This document shows, one piece after another, positions 7,655 through 16,745 of a stretch of 64,000 nt of DNA (its first letter is position 1; each line of letters opens with the position of its first letter). A program made the translations under genes and the position numbers. The stretch is taken from positions 704,001 through 768,000 of the forward strand of contig CAWHAE010000012.1 in NCBI GenBank assembly GCA_963827235.1. Reading direction: 5' to 3'. Source of the stretch: an uncultured bacterium. Its GTDB lineage: Bacteria; Chloroflexota; UBA5177; JANWHV01. Under the pieces are notes generated by a model. It saw only the letters and a list, made by a program, of their open reading frames with translations. It was not told where the DNA came from and did no database searches.

Positions 7655-8638
7655 ATGGGTCTCGCAGGTGACACCCGAGCGGGGGTCAGACTGGCGCTGC
7701 GCGCCTTCTACAAGTTCAACAACGACTGGACGCTCAACCTCGCGGCCATGGTTGCGTACAACGCGCTTACTTCGTTCTTCCCGCTGGCGCTGGCGCTGAT
7801 CACCATCCTGGCGGCGGTGCCAAACGTAGCGGGCAGCCGGGATGCCGTGGCGAGGCAGCTGTATCTGATCCTGCCCTCGGACATTCAGTCACAGATCAAC
7901 ATCAGCAATGCGATCGCGCAGGTCAACGATCGATCGCTTCTACTCACGGTAGTCAGCATCGTGGGACTGCTCTGGGGCGGCAGCAACCTGTTCGGGTCGA
8001 TTGAAAGCGCGTTCGCGATCATCTTCAGAGTGAAGACACGTGACATCGTGCCGCAGAAAGCGATGGCGGTCGCCATGATCGTGGTGCTGGCCGTGCTCCT
8101 GCCCCTGTCGTTCATCTCTACATTCCTGGTCAGCGCGGCGACCACGACGCTGGGGAGGATACTTCCGTCTTACATGAACGGACCGCTGGCGGTAATCGTG
8201 GGTCTGTGCACGAGCTTCGCCGCGCTGTTTGTGCTGTTCTTGCTCATCTACACAACGGTGCCCAATCTGCCGATTCACTGGCGTTATGCCTGGCGAGGCG
8301 CACTGTTGGCGGCCGCGGTCATGACGGTTGTGAACAGCCTCTTTCCTGCTTATGCCGCCCATTTCCTGGGCAGCAGGCAGTACGGCACGGCTGCTCTTGC
8401 CACGGCGATCATTGCCATCACCTGGTTCTGGTTCTTTTCCGTCGTGTTGCTCGCGGGAGCGCAGGTGAACGCACTGCGCATGGGCATCGGCCATTGGCGC
8501 TACGATCTGCCTCGCACGCTGATGGACCAGAATATTCCGACCTTGGACGGCGCGCCCACGGCCATGGCCGCACTGCAGCAGTCGCGCGATGCCGATGTAT
8601 TCGATACTCCGGTGGGAATCATGCGAGACAAGCCTTAG
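7655..8638 (+). CDS. YihY/virulence factor BrkB family membrane protein
   Basis: AAMVAYNALTSFFP, LLWGGS, LIYTTVPN, W...GA, LLAGAQVN; GGAGG RBS. Confidence 0.88.
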   Translation: MGLAGDTRAGVRLALRAFYKFNNDWTLNLAAMVAYNALTSFFPLALALITILAAVPNVAGSRDAVARQLYLILPSDIQSQINISNAIAQVNDRSLLLTVVSIVGLLWGGSNLFGSIESAFAIIFRVKTRDIVPQKAMAVAMIVVLAVLLPLSFISTFLVSAATTTLGRILPSYMNGPLAVIVGLCTSFAALFVLFLLIYTTVPNLPIHWRYAWRGALLAAAVMTVVNSLFPAYAAHFLGSRQYGTAALATAIIAITWFWFFSVVLLAGAQVNALRMGIGHWRYDLPRTLMDQNIPTLDGAPTAMAALQQSRDADVFDTPVGIMRDKP

Positions 8639-8640
8639 CC

Positions 8641-9240
8641 GTGGCCGGCATTAGGGAGCGACTAGATGCCGCGGTGCTGCTCGATGCCTACGCGAACGGC
8701 ATCTTTCCCATGGCGGATATCTGGGGGCACGTCGACTGGTACACTGCCGATCCACGCGGCATCCTCGAGCACGAAAACCTCCAGGTGAGCCGTTCGCTGC
8801 GTGCCCTCGTGCGCAGCAACGTCTTCGACGTCCGCTTCGACACCGCGTTCGAAGACGTCATGCGTGCCTGCGCGGCGCCCAGGCCGGGTTCCGACGGCAC
8901 GTGGATCAGCGAGGAGCTGGTAACGGTCTACACGGCCCTGCACAGGCAGGGCTACGCCCATAGCGTCGAGGCGTGGCAGGGCGACCGGCTGGCGGGTGGG
9001 CTCTATGGCGTCGCCATCGGCGGCGCGTTCATGGGCGAGAGCATGTTCACGCGCGTGTCCAATGCCTCGAAAGTGTGCCTGGTGGCCCTGGTAGCGCGCC
9101 TGAAGGCCCGTGGTTACGTCCTGCACGATACACAGATGGTCACTCCTCACATGATGCGTCTCGGCGCTACACTCATCCCGGGAGCGGTGTACCTCGGGCG
9201 GTTGCGAGGGGCGCTGGCCCTTCGCTGCACGTTCGACTGA
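8641..9240 (+). CDS. aat: Leucyl/phenylalanyl-tRNA--protein transferase
   Basis: AYANGIFPM, GTWI, AHSVEAW, GGLYGVAIGGAFMGESMF, NASKV; GTG start inferred. Confidence 0.93.
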   Translation: MAGIRERLDAAVLLDAYANGIFPMADIWGHVDWYTADPRGILEHENLQVSRSLRALVRSNVFDVRFDTAFEDVMRACAAPRPGSDGTWISEELVTVYTALHRQGYAHSVEAWQGDRLAGGLYGVAIGGAFMGESMFTRVSNASKVCLVALVARLKARGYVLHDTQMVTPHMMRLGATLIPGAVYLGRLRGALALRCTFD

Positions 9241-9300
9241 ACGGCCGGCGTTCTCGGGCCCACAGGAAGCGCTGCCGTCGCGTGAGTCAACATATACAGT

Positions 9301-10005
9301 ATGATCAGAACTCGGCCGGCACCGGCCGTGGCCTGCGGCCATAGTTCTTTAGGGCCAGGTTCTGGCCGGCCCGGGCGCGAAGTGCCGCGCAGATTAGTGG
9401 CGGTGGCGGAACTGGAACGATACCGGACCGTGGGCATGGACGAAGTGGGTCGCGGAGCGCTCGCCGGTCCTCTGGTGGCGGCTGCCGTGGCATGGCCGGA
9501 CGATCTCGAGCCGCCGGCCGGGATCCACCTGGCGGATTCGAAGAGCCTCGCGCGTGAGCAGCGGCAGACTGCGGCTGCCTGGATTCGCGAGCAGTCCATC
9601 TGCTTGGCTATCGAATCGGTCGGCGTGCCGGCCATCAACACGCTCGGCATGGGCTGGGCGAATCGAGCTATTTTCGGCAGGCTGATGTCGCGCATGCGGG
9701 CTCAGCGCTACCTGGTCGACGGCAACCTCCACCTGCACGGCCTCGCTCCCGAGGGCAGCGTGGTGATCTGCATCTGCGACGGAGACGTCCATGAGCCGGC
9801 TGTCGCCGCGGCTTCAATCGTTGCCAAGGTCTATCGGGACAGCTTGATGGAATCGCTCCACGACGACTACCCTTGCTATGGATGGAGCCACAACGCCGGG
9901 TACGCCACCGCGGAGCATCGCGGCGCACTCCTCTCGGCCGGAGCCTGCCCGCACCATAGAACGCTTTTCTTGCGACACCTTATCGACGAGGGGATCGGCC
10001 GGTGA
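9301..10005 (+). CDS. rnhB: Ribonuclease HII (true start probably near GTG 9397)
   Basis: GMDEVGRGALAGP, ADSK, LVDGN, AAASIVAKVYRD, GYAT..H. Confidence 0.93.
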   Translation: MIRTRPAPAVACGHSSLGPGSGRPGREVPRRLVAVAELERYRTVGMDEVGRGALAGPLVAAAVAWPDDLEPPAGIHLADSKSLAREQRQTAAAWIREQSICLAIESVGVPAINTLGMGWANRAIFGRLMSRMRAQRYLVDGNLHLHGLAPEGSVVICICDGDVHEPAVAAASIVAKVYRDSLMESLHDDYPCYGWSHNAGYATAEHRGALLSAGACPHHRTLFLRHLIDEGIGR

Positions 10006-10946
10006 CTGAGTTGCCGTCGGGGCCACGGGTGACGAACGATAGCCGCCGACCGGGGCGCTGGAAGGTTGAATACAGCCGGCGTCTGGGTGACAACGTGATA
10101 GGAGACTGGCAGGAGGCGTACCGCACCCGTCTGGCGATCGAGCGCAGCCCGGAGGCGTTGCACCGGCTCGGCATACTGGGAACCTGGCCGGTGGTGCTGG
10201 TGGATCTCATCCTGTTGCTCGTCGTCGAGTTCATGGCTTCCTTCGCGCTCCTGGCGGCCAGCGTGGCAGTAATCGGCTCCCACGATCGCGATTTCTCCCG
10301 TGGCCTATCCGCGAACGACGCCATGACGACCGTGCTCAACTCCGCGAAGGACTGGGCGCTCTCGCCCACCGGGCTGGCAATCGGCGAGCTCGTCACGGCA
10401 GCCGGTATCCTTCTGGTGTTGTTCCTGCGTGTCGTGCGGCCGCGCGCAATGACGTGGGCAGATCTGGGCATCGGACCGGCACTGCGCGACCGCCCGCTTC
10501 GCGCGCTGATCGCCGGCCTCGGCCTCGGTGTCGTGGCGCTGCTGGTGGGCGACCTGGTCGTCCTGATCGTGCACGGTATCGGTCTGAACACCAACGGTCA
10601 GGAGGATACGCTCAAGTCGGTGCGGCACTCGGCAATGGCGTCCTTCATACCATTTGCTCTGGCAGCCGCGGTGACCGCTCCGATCGTGGAGGAAACCTTC
10701 TTTCGCGGCTACGTGTTTCGTGCCATGACGGTGCGATATGGGTTGCCTGCTGGGATCATCTGCTCCTCGGTGACGTTTGCCGCGCTCCACCTCCTGGGTG
10801 GTGTCACGTGGGAGGCAACCGGACTGGTTGTCATCGGCGCTATTCTTGCCTACGGCTATTCCCGGACCGGCAACCCGCTGACGAATATGTCGGCGCATAT
10901 GCTGAACAATGTGATTAGCCTAATCCTCCTGTATTACTCTAGCTAG
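10002..10946 (+). CDS. CPBP (CAAX/Abi) family intramembrane metalloprotease
   Basis: EETFFRGY, FAALH, AHMLNN; GTGA overlap with rnhB. Confidence 0.9.
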   Translation: MTELPSGPRVTNDSRRPGRWKVEYSRRLGDNVIGDWQEAYRTRLAIERSPEALHRLGILGTWPVVLVDLILLLVVEFMASFALLAASVAVIGSHDRDFSRGLSANDAMTTVLNSAKDWALSPTGLAIGELVTAAGILLVLFLRVVRPRAMTWADLGIGPALRDRPLRALIAGLGLGVVALLVGDLVVLIVHGIGLNTNGQEDTLKSVRHSAMASFIPFALAAAVTAPIVEETFFRGYVFRAMTVRYGLPAGIICSSVTFAALHLLGGVTWEATGLVVIGAILAYGYSRTGNPLTNMSAHMLNNVISLILLYYSS

Positions 10947-10980
10947 CCGCGTGCGGCATGCACGCCGATGGAGGGACTCG

Positions 10981-11436
10981 ATGAATTCCAACCCGCAGAT
11001 CGGGCGCGGCTGGCCGGTATTCAGCGCCGATCGCAAGCGCGTTGGGGACGTCACCGAAGTGCATGGGCACTACATTCTGGTGAGCCGCGGCGTCTTCTTC
11101 GTGAAGGACATGTACCTGCCTCTCGGCACCGTCGATAAGGTAGACAATGCCACGGTAGTGCTCACGGTCACCTACGACGTCCTGCGCAAGATGAACCTGT
11201 CGCATGAGCCCCCGGTACCGGCTGAGCCAGCGGAGCCCCAGACCGACTACGGCAACTCCTCGCCCCGCTCGATGGCCCAGGAGAGCCTGTCCGATTACCC
11301 ATCTGAGGCCACGTCTAGGCTCCGAGCCTCTGGCCTTTCCCGGCGCCTGGAGCGGGGAGGACCGATGAGTACGAGGAGACGCCGACGTACAACCGGCCGC
11401 TGCCCAACGGACTGGTGGAGGTCGAGCACGCGCTGA
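10981..11436 (+). CDS. DUF2171/PRC-barrel-like domain, probably the N-terminus of a frameshifted fusion with the downstream hydrolase
   Basis: GWPVFSADRKRVGDV...ILVSRGVFFVKDMYLPLGTV; GGAGGG RBS; the Arg-rich tail looks out of frame. Confidence 0.7.
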   Translation: MNSNPQIGRGWPVFSADRKRVGDVTEVHGHYILVSRGVFFVKDMYLPLGTVDKVDNATVVLTVTYDVLRKMNLSHEPPVPAEPAEPQTDYGNSSPRSMAQESLSDYPSEATSRLRASGLSRRLERGGPMSTRRRRRTTGRCPTDWWRSSTR

Positions 11437-12377
11437 ACGTCGCCTACTCCGACCTCGGCTATGGCCTGCCTGCCGTGCTCATGCAGGGATGGCCCTTCGA
11501 CAGCACGATCTGGGAGCCCATGCCCTATGAGCTGGCAATCTTCAACCGCGTGGTCACATACGACATGCGGGGCACCGGAGAGTCCGACAAGCCCTGGGAC
11601 TTCTACTCCGTACAGACGATGAGCCAGGATCTGCACCGGCTGATCGTGGAACAGAGCCTGCACAACGTTACCCTGGTCGCCTGGTCCACGGCCGCGCAAG
11701 TAGCGCTCACCTACGCCCAGGATCACCCGAAGCGCGTGGAGCGCCTCGTGTTGATCTCGCCGCTCATTCCCGCATGGCTGACCGCCGAGGATACGCAGGA
11801 CTGGCTCGGAGACCGCGCGGCCCTCGATATCCCGGACTTCACGCAGTGGCAGGAGGGTCTGCTTCGCAACCGGCCCGCGGTCTTCGCGCAGATCCTGGAT
11901 CGCCTTGCGGCAGAGCCTCTGGAGAAGAACAGGCGCGGCTGGATGCTGTCGCGCATGATGCACGGGGCCCATCACGCTCAGGTGAAAATGCTCGACATGT
12001 TTCTGATTGAAGATCCTTCCTCCGCACTTGAGTACGTGAAGGCGCCGGTGACTATTCTGCAGGGTTTGCGGGACCGGATTACTCCTATGGCCGCCGCCGA
12101 ACGGCTGGCAAGTCTCCTGCCGGCGGCAACCGTCAAGTCCCTGGAGCACTGCGGCCACGCGCCGTTTCTCGACCGGCCGGAGCAGCTGGCCAAGATGCTG
12201 GGCGACCTGATCAGTCCATACACGGAACCCGCTTACGAGGACGCAGGTACCATTGAAAGTGATGATACGAACGAGCAGTTCGTGGTCGAGGATCAGGACT
12301 TGGTTGGCTTGGTTTCAGGCGACGCGCCGGAGCCCGGAGAACCGGTAGAGGCGCTGCCGGCTGCGGAGGGTGAGTGA
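11415..12377 (+). CDS. Alpha/beta fold hydrolase (non-heme chloroperoxidase-like)
   Basis: QGWPF, YDMRGTGESDKP, nucleophile elbow AWSTA, G..D and HCGH. Confidence 0.88.
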   Translation: MEVEHALNVAYSDLGYGLPAVLMQGWPFDSTIWEPMPYELAIFNRVVTYDMRGTGESDKPWDFYSVQTMSQDLHRLIVEQSLHNVTLVAWSTAAQVALTYAQDHPKRVERLVLISPLIPAWLTAEDTQDWLGDRAALDIPDFTQWQEGLLRNRPAVFAQILDRLAAEPLEKNRRGWMLSRMMHGAHHAQVKMLDMFLIEDPSSALEYVKAPVTILQGLRDRITPMAAAERLASLLPAATVKSLEHCGHAPFLDRPEQLAKMLGDLISPYTEPAYEDAGTIESDDTNEQFVVEDQDLVGLVSGDAPEPGEPVEALPAAEGE

Positions 12378-13387
12378 GCGGCGTTCGTCCGATCCATGTG
12401 ACTGGTGGCGACGCGACGGCAGAGCGTATCCGCCAGGCGGGCATACCCGGCCCGATAATCGTCTGGCGTGACGTGCTGCATACCGGTCCCGTGCCTGGTG
12501 ACGCCGCCCCCGAGGAGCTGCGGCGGCTTCGCGCCGAGCACATGTCCTCGATCGGGCTGGGGGACCGGGATGAGATCCTGGCACAGCTCGAGGCACGCGA
12601 CGCTTTGCTGTCGCAGGCGCCGTCCTACGGTCAGATCATCCTGTGGTTCGAGCACGATCTGTACGACCAGCTTCAGCTCATCCAGGTGCTGGGCTGGCTT
12701 GCCGCTCATGGTGGCGCCGACTTGCCCGCCTATCTCATCTGCATCGGCGCCTATCCGGGGATCGCCCGTTTCACCGGGTTGGCGCAGCTGACTGCCGCGC
12801 AGCTTCGCCCACTGCTCGATCGACGCCGTAAGGTGAAGTCGGAGGAGTTTCTGGCTGCTCGGGAGGCCTGGTCGGCGTTCACGTCGCCCGATCCCAAGCA
12901 GCTCGAGGCCTACGTACACAACGATAGCGGCGCGCTGCCCTTTCTGCGACCGGCCTTGGTTCGCCACTTGGAAGACTTTCCTCTGCTGCACAGCGGTCTA
13001 TCCCGTACCGAGAAGCAGCTCATCGAGGTCGTTCGCGACGGCATGCACACGCCGTTCGAGGTGTTCATAGCCTCCCAGGAACGCGAGATCGTGCCCTTTC
13101 ACAGCGATGCCATCGTCTGGACTGTCCTGGCGTATCTCTCCAGTGGACAGGCGCCGCTGCTGACCTGCAACGGCGAGGCCTTCGCGTTACCCGCCCGTGG
13201 CAAGCCTAACGACGCCTTCCTCAGGCAGTCGATCTCCCTCACCGACCTGGGCAAGCAGGTGGCAGTCGCTCGAGCCGACTGGATCGCCTACCGGGGCATA
13301 GACCGCTGGCTGGGCGGTGTCCATCTGGTGGGAGAAACGACGCCGTGGCGCTGGGATGAGCGCCGCGGGAGGCTCGTAGCCGGTTGA
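12374..13387 (+). CDS. DUF1835 domain protein
   Basis: HVTGGD, WRDVLHTGPVP, LWFEHDLYDQLQL, GLSRTE, RWLGGV. Confidence 0.8.
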   Translation: MSGVRPIHVTGGDATAERIRQAGIPGPIIVWRDVLHTGPVPGDAAPEELRRLRAEHMSSIGLGDRDEILAQLEARDALLSQAPSYGQIILWFEHDLYDQLQLIQVLGWLAAHGGADLPAYLICIGAYPGIARFTGLAQLTAAQLRPLLDRRRKVKSEEFLAAREAWSAFTSPDPKQLEAYVHNDSGALPFLRPALVRHLEDFPLLHSGLSRTEKQLIEVVRDGMHTPFEVFIASQEREIVPFHSDAIVWTVLAYLSSGQAPLLTCNGEAFALPARGKPNDAFLRQSISLTDLGKQVAVARADWIAYRGIDRWLGGVHLVGETTPWRWDERRGRLVAG

Positions 13388-13969
13388 GGCCGGCAGTCCG
13401 CCGGGCCGGGCGCGCGGCAGCGGCGTCCGGCGGTGCATCGCGACCTGTGCAGGCGGAAGCGCGGTCACCACGGCTCGCGCAGTGCCGCCGGCCTGCGCCC
13501 GGCGGCAAGTCGGCTCCTGATCGACTGTGCGGTGCGGCTGCATCGACCTGAGTGTATCCGCTCGGCCGACCACAGATGAATGCGGAATGCGCATATCGGC
13601 GAACGGATCTGGAGTGCTCCAGGCGCCGAGGGGCGATGCCCGCAGTGCGGTGCCTTATGCGTGCTGCCGAGGTACGTGCTCGGTCTCTTCTCGCCGCCGC
13701 TGGTGGTTTTGGGCGGGACGGAAGATCGGCGGCGACCGGTTCCTGCAGAGTGCCAGTGCTGTACCCTGCACAACGGCCACCAGCAGGCTGCTCCAGCGAT
13801 GTGCGCCGGTGTTTGGCCGGGACGAAGACCGCCGGCCGAACAGCCCGCACGCGCTAGGCGACTGCGTGGTATCATCCGCTAGCAATATCGCCATAAACAT
13901 GTCCATAGTCTGTTAATGCAGATCGTGGTAGGGTGAAACCAGGTAGGGCCGTTGGAGGAGTGGCACAGC

Positions 13970-14260
13970 GTGAAACATCTGATCGAGCAGCCTGTAAGGG
14001 TTCGGACGACCGTCGACCTGCCGCGGGAACTCCTTGATCGCTCCCGCGAGGTCGTTGATAGGGGTTTAGCGAAGAATCAGAACACGCTGTTTACCGCAGC
14101 GTTGGCAGACTACCTGGACCAGCTCGACAGGGAGCTGATTGACCGGCAGTTTGCTGCCATGGAGGCTGATGCAAGCTACAACGAGCTGAATAGGCAGGTC
14201 CTGCAGGAGTTTGCCGGATATGACAATCAGGTAGCGGAAGCAAGGGACCAATCGCCGTGA
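13970..14260 (+). CDS. Ribbon-helix-helix antitoxin-like protein (MazE/CopG-like)
   Basis: VRTTVDLPRELL N-terminus and acidic C-terminus; GGAGGAG RBS; GTGA overlap with the toxin-like gene. Confidence 0.72.
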   Translation: MKHLIEQPVRVRTTVDLPRELLDRSREVVDRGLAKNQNTLFTAALADYLDQLDRELIDRQFAAMEADASYNELNRQVLQEFAGYDNQVAEARDQSP

Positions 14261-14637
14261 AGCGTGGATCCGTCTATCTCGTGTCGCAAGGGCCAGCACA
14301 GCGCCGCGAGTGTGTGGGGAGGGAGGAACAGGAACGAGGGGAAGCCGCGTTCAGCACCCTTCGACCGGTCGTACTCGTCAGCCGTGAGGCAATCAACCGC
14401 CACAGTGCCGTGGTCATCGTCTGTCCACTCGTGGAGGTTGCGTCCGTGGGCCAGACGTATCCGAGCGACGTTCGCGTGACGGCGCCGGAGGGCGGCTTGA
14501 CTTCAGACGGTGTGGTCTTGACCGGCCAGCTTCGCGCCATCGCGCGCGAGCAATTGGTGCATCGCCTTGGGGAATTGAGTGAGTCGGCGATGCGCCAGGT
14601 CGATTTAGCGCTCCGCATCACGCTTGATCTGGAGTGA
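14257..14637 (+). CDS. mazF: PemK/MazF-family protein (atypical)
   Basis: KRGSVY...RPVVLVS...N...IVCPL...GL..DGVVL..QLRAI..EQL..RLGEL...MRQVDLALRI.LDL. Confidence 0.85.
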   Translation: MKRGSVYLVSQGPAQRRECVGREEQERGEAAFSTLRPVVLVSREAINRHSAVVIVCPLVEVASVGQTYPSDVRVTAPEGGLTSDGVVLTGQLRAIAREQLVHRLGELSESAMRQVDLALRITLDLE

Positions 14638-14653
14638 GGAAAGGGTTACGAGT

Positions 14654-16558
14654 TTGGACACTAGTGAAGTTAGAGCCCGCCTCGAAGCCTTCCGGCAGCA
14701 ACAGAAGGAACTGTCCTGGACCGGGACCTTCGAAGAGTATCTCGATATCGCGGTCAAGAACCCGCACGTGGCGCAGCTGGCACACGCTCGCGTACACGAC
14801 ATGGTCATGGAGGACGGCGTCGAGGAGGGGCCGCATGGCCAGCCCCGCTACAAGTTCTTCGGCAGACAGCTCTTTGGGCTCGAGAAGTCGATTGCCCAGG
14901 TGGTGGAGTACTTTAGCGCTGCCGCGGCACGGCTCGAGCCGCGAAAGCGCATCCTGCTTCTCATGGGACCGGTCGGCGGCGGCAAGTCCACGATCGCGAT
15001 CATGCTTCGGGAAGGTCTGGAGCGGTACACTCGCACCGCGCGCGGAGCACTCTACGGCATAAAGGGCTGCCCGATGCACGAGGAACCGCTGCACCTCATC
15101 CCGCGCGAGATGCGACCCGACCTGATGCGTGACTTCGGCCTTTACATCGAGGGATCGCTCTGCCCTGCCTGCGCGTTCAGCCTGCGCAACAAGTACGACG
15201 GCGACATTTACCAGGTCGCGGTCGAGCGAATCGTCTTCGACTCCGAGCATCGTGTCGGACTGGGCACGTTTGTGCCGAGCGATCCAAAGAGCCAGGACGT
15301 GTCCGAGCTCGTGGGCTCAATCGATCTTTCGACGATCGGCGACGTCGGCGTGGAGTCCGATCCGCGCGCTTACCGCTTCGACGGCGAGCTCAACGTGGCC
15401 AATCGAGGCATGGTCGAGCTGATCGAGGTGCTCAAGGCCGACGAGAAGCTGCTGTACGTGCTGCTGACGCTGACGCAGGAGCAGAACATCAAGACGGGGC
15501 GCTTCTCGCTGGTCTATGCCGACGAGGTCGTGCTTGGCCATACCAATGAGAACGAGTACAAGAGCTTCGTAGGCAACCCGAAGTCCGAAGCGCTGCAGGA
15601 CCGCATCATCCTGGTCCGCGTTCCCTACAATCTGCGTGTCTCCGAGGAGGAGCGGATTTACGAGAAGCTGCTCAAACAGAGCAACGTCAGCAACGTGCAC
15701 ATCGCGCCGCACACGCTGCGCGTGGCCTCCACGTTCGCCGTGCTCTCGCGCCTGGAGCCGTCTAAGAAGGCGAACATGAGCCTCGTCAAGAAGATGAAAA
15801 TCTACGACGGCGAGGAAGTGGAGGGCTGGAAGCTCAAGGACGTTCGCGAGCTGCAGGAGGAGGCGGTCCGCGAGGGCATGGAGGGCATCTCTCCGCGCTA
15901 CATTATCGACCGGTTGAGCAACGCGCTTATCAAGCAGGGAGTCACCTGCATCAACCCAATCAATGCCTTGCGCGCTTTGCGCGATGGATTTGATCAGCAC
16001 ACCGCCTTCAGCAAGGATGAGCGCGAGAAGTACCTCAACCTGCTGGCCGACGCAAGGCGGGAATACGACGAACTGGCGAAGAAAGAGATTCAGCGCGCCT
16101 TCGTCTATGCCTTCGAGGACTCGGCCCGCACGCTGCTCAACAACTACCTCGACAACGTGGAAGCCTTCTGCAGGAAAGAGAAGCTCAAGGACCCGCTCAC
16201 GGACGAGCCCATCGACGCCGACGAGAAGCTCATGCGGTCGATCGAGGAGCAGATCGGCGTCACGGACAACGCCAAGCAGACGTTCCGCGAGAGCGTCCTC
16301 ATGTCCATGGCAAGCCTTGCGCGTCGCGGCAAGGCGTTTGAGTACACGAGCGACGAGCGCCTGAAAGAAGCGATCGAGAAGAAGCTTTTCGCCGACCTAA
16401 AGGACGTTATCAAGATCACGACCTCGACCAAGACGCCGGATGCGGAACAGCTTCGCCGGATCAACGAGGTCGTGGACCGGCTAATGGCGGATCACGCGTA
16501 CTGCGCGGTTTGCGCGCGCGACCTGCTTGGCTACGTTGGCGCGCTGCTGAATCGCTAG
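14654..16558 (+). CDS. prkA: PrkA/YeaG family AAA+ serine kinase/ATPase
   Basis: ILLLMGPVGGGKS, GCPMHEEPL, SDPRAYRFDGELNVANRG, EGMEGISPR, YCAVCA; TTG start inferred. Confidence 0.95.
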   Translation: MDTSEVRARLEAFRQQQKELSWTGTFEEYLDIAVKNPHVAQLAHARVHDMVMEDGVEEGPHGQPRYKFFGRQLFGLEKSIAQVVEYFSAAAARLEPRKRILLLMGPVGGGKSTIAIMLREGLERYTRTARGALYGIKGCPMHEEPLHLIPREMRPDLMRDFGLYIEGSLCPACAFSLRNKYDGDIYQVAVERIVFDSEHRVGLGTFVPSDPKSQDVSELVGSIDLSTIGDVGVESDPRAYRFDGELNVANRGMVELIEVLKADEKLLYVLLTLTQEQNIKTGRFSLVYADEVVLGHTNENEYKSFVGNPKSEALQDRIILVRVPYNLRVSEEERIYEKLLKQSNVSNVHIAPHTLRVASTFAVLSRLEPSKKANMSLVKKMKIYDGEEVEGWKLKDVRELQEEAVREGMEGISPRYIIDRLSNALIKQGVTCINPINALRALRDGFDQHTAFSKDEREKYLNLLADARREYDELAKKEIQRAFVYAFEDSARTLLNNYLDNVEAFCRKEKLKDPLTDEPIDADEKLMRSIEEQIGVTDNAKQTFRESVLMSMASLARRGKAFEYTSDERLKEAIEKKLFADLKDVIKITTSTKTPDAEQLRRINEVVDRLMADHAYCAVCARDLLGYVGALLNR

Positions 16559-16585
16559 CGACTCGATCGGATTCGATCAGGGACG

Positions 16586-16619
16586 GGTCTCCGCCGGAGC
16601 GGTACCCCTGGCGGAGACC
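16586..16619. other. Intercistronic hairpin between prkA and yhbH
   Basis: GGTCTCCGCC / GGCGGAGACC. Confidence 0.55.
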
Positions 16620-16745
16620 GCCCCGACGGCGGCTAAACCGAGTGCTGCCCTGGCGAGTGATCGTTGACAGGTGGAAGAGTTCAAGGCGAGGCGAAGGCGC
16701 AAAGCCGTCGCCGGGCCAGGGGACGATGGGGGCGAGGTCCGATCT

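Noticed and set aside
13580-13882. Cys-rich ORF (CPQC...CQCC) as a zinc-ribbon gene
   Set aside because: No RBS, Arg/Pro-rich tail typical of GC-rich spurious ORFs, and no recognisable family
16630-16720. c-di-GMP-I riboswitch (GGCTAAACC...GGCGCAAAGCC)
   Set aside because: No GNRA-capped P2 or tetraloop receptor at the right spacing
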